Source: an uncultured Methanosarcinales archaeon
Lineage (GTDB): Archaea; Nanobdellota; Nanobdellia; Woesearchaeales; ARS49
Direction: 5' to 3'
DNA: 24,000 nt
NCBI GenBank assembly: GCA_964617195.1
Contig: CAZTVK010000025.1
Span: forward strand, 1,436 to 25,435
A model generated the notes under the pieces. It was not told the origin of the DNA. It worked only from the letters and a program-made list of their open reading frames with translations, and searched no databases. This document shows positions 22,799 through 24,000 of this stretch, one piece after another. Position numbers and translations under genes: made by a program. Position 1 is the stretch's first letter, and every line of letters begins with the position of its first letter.

Positions 22799-23902
22799 AT
22801 GTTAGTTCATAAGGCTTATCGGAAATTTTCAAAAGAACAAAAGTTAGTTCTCCTGACAAAAGAATACAACTTATCGGAGAAAGAAATTCTACGTATCAGA
22901 TCAATAGAAAATCCGAAGAAGAGGCTACTAGAAGCAGCCAAACTTCAATTTGAATGTTTGGGCGATATACACAATGATATTACGGCGTGGATTGCAGGTT
23001 ATTCCCAAGAAACATCAGTTAGGAGCGTTTTCGGAACGGCATTGGAATTAAGAAAGAATTTTGTCAAACTTCCAGAGAACATATCTTCATATTCCTGGAT
23101 GGATATAAAACGAAGAGTGAAAATTCCAACATGGTCGGAAGATTTAGCTGAAGAAACAGGAGTTCATTTAGGAGACGGATCGCTTCAAATAAACAAGTAT
23201 GGAAAATGGCAGAACTATGCGTACACGATCGATGGTCACTTAATCGACGACATGGCCTACTATGATTTCCACGTAATTCCATTAATTCAAAGATTGTACA
23301 ATCTTACTCCTAGAAAAAGAATCAATAAGGATCGTAATTCCTGTCAACTAGTAATAAAATCAAAAGCCGTTAGCATCTTCAAAAAGGAAATTCTAAAATT
23401 ACCCGTGGGAAATAAAATAGGTGCTAAAATCCCTAAGGAAATAATTGAAGATGATGTTTTTTCTAAAAAGTTTGTATGCGGGATGATCGATACTGATTTC
23501 ACAGTTACCAAAGATTTGCAAATTAGAGGCAGTTTAGTAAGTTTGAATGTAATTAAGGGAATGTCAGAGATTCTTGATAAACTGAATATGAATCATTATA
23601 TTCGAATAAAAGACGGTGTGGGCTACATAGTCATAAACAAGCCAGCATCGATCGAGCTACTGGAAGAAATTAAAAATCCTAAACATACTTCGAAATATCT
23701 TCTCTGGCAACGTTTTCATAAATACATTCCGTTTACATCAACAGTTGAACGATTGGCGGTTCTTGAAAACATTGTGCCTTTCGAAGATCTACTGAGATTG
23801 AGCGAAAAAAGAAAAAAAGCCCAGGCAAGCGCCCGGGCCTACGCCCCCGGTGAGAATTTCGGTGCTTTTAAAGCACACTCGAACTCACGACCTACTGATT
23901 AA
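22799..23902 (+). CDS. free-standing double-motif LAGLIDADG homing-endonuclease-like protein
   Basis: Two LAGLIDADG-type motifs about 100 aa apart: LAEETGVHLGDGSLQINKYG and KKFVCGMIDTDFTVTKD. An N-terminal extension of about 120 aa precedes them. The gene looks AT-richer and uses more T-ending codons than its neighbours. Its last 61 nt overlap tRNA-Asn on the opposite strand. Confidence 0.78.
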   Translation: MLVHKAYRKFSKEQKLVLLTKEYNLSEKEILRIRSIENPKKRLLEAAKLQFECLGDIHNDITAWIAGYSQETSVRSVFGTALELRKNFVKLPENISSYSWMDIKRRVKIPTWSEDLAEETGVHLGDGSLQINKYGKWQNYAYTIDGHLIDDMAYYDFHVIPLIQRLYNLTPRKRINKDRNSCQLVIKSKAVSIFKKEILKLPVGNKIGAKIPKEIIEDDVFSKKFVCGMIDTDFTVTKDLQIRGSLVSLNVIKGMSEILDKLNMNHYIRIKDGVGYIVINKPASIELLEEIKNPKHTSKYLLWQRFHKYIPFTSTVERLAVLENIVPFEDLLRLSEKRKKAQASARAYAPGENFGAFKAHSNSRPTD

Positions 23903-23936
23903 CAGTCAGTCGCTCTACCGGCTGAGCTACGGGGGC
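23842..23936 (-). tRNA. tRNA-Asn (anticodon GTT) with a 22-nt non-canonical insertion (intron) in the T-loop
   Basis: Minus strand reads GCCCCCG-TA-GCTC-AGCCGGTA-GAGC-G-ACTGA-CTGTTAA-TCAGT-AGGTC-GTGAG-[TTCGAGTGTGCTTTAAAAGCACCGAAATT]-CTCAC-CGGGGGC-G. Everything folds as a standard cloverleaf except that the T-loop is 29 nt instead of 7. Confidence 0.8.
23857..23878 (-). other. putative tRNA intron in the T-loop (boundaries +/- 2 nt)
   Basis: Removing about 22 nt (GTGTGCTTTAAAAGCACCGAAA or a register-shifted equivalent) restores a 7-nt T-loop, TTCGATT. The insert contains a GTGC-TTTAAAA-GCAC hairpin, and the flanking TTCG/CGAA can pair. Confidence 0.6.
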
Positions 23937-23960
23937 ATGTTCTTAAAGGGACTAGCGAGA

Positions 23961-23971
23961 CCTTTTAAAAC
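23961..23971 (-). promoter_or_regulatory. TATA-box-like promoter element for tRNA-Asn
   Basis: Minus strand reads GTTTTAAAAGG, 35 nt upstream of the tRNA 5' end. Confidence 0.45.
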
Positions 23972-24000
23972 TTTCTGCCTAGCAATCTTTATAAACACCG

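Noticed and set aside
22799-23936. LAGLIDADG gene being encoded inside the tRNA-Asn intron
   Set aside because: The tRNA insertion is only about 22 nt. The ORF lies outside the tRNA on the opposite strand and merely overlaps its 3' half. It is not intron-encoded.
129-24000. Integrated prophage or genomic island bounded by tRNA genes
   Set aside because: There is no integrase, transposase or duplicated tRNA 3'-end (att-like) repeat next to any of the four tRNAs. Only the LAGLIDADG gene looks compositionally foreign.

Overview
The gene content is archaeal: diphthine synthase, FtsZ, an ATP-dependent DNA ligase, a Hel308/Ski2-type helicase fragment, TATA-like promoters and an intron-containing tRNA. 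The dense packing and a split helicase gene suggest a small-genome, DPANN-like archaeon, which is inference only. Positions 1-13.2 kb carry mostly housekeeping genes plus three oddities: a GGDEF-like nucleotide cyclase, only the C-terminal two-thirds of Hel308, and a bacterial/eukaryotic PlsB-type acyltransferase. There are four tRNA genes (Gln-TTG, Arg-GCG, Ile-GAT, Asn-GTT). Each has a GTTTAWAWAGC-like TATA element 34-37 nt upstream, and tRNA-Asn has a 22-nt insertion in its T-loop. The most interesting region is 13.2-22.0 kb, an island of secreted and membrane proteins that looks like a cohesin-dockerin surface assembly. It contains a subtilisin with a Pro/Ser linker and a C-terminal two-repeat dockerin, and a divergently transcribed FG-GAP/VCBS lipoprotein. 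It also has a three-gene operon ending in a membrane-anchored protein with two cohesin-like domains, a Cys-rich module and a long K/P/E-rich cytoplasmic tail. At the right edge, a visibly AT-richer free-standing LAGLIDADG gene runs into the intron-bearing tRNA-Asn. I saw no CRISPR array, rRNA, integrase or transposase. All domain calls come from motifs read by eye in the ORF translations. No database search was possible, so every call needs HMM or structure confirmation.
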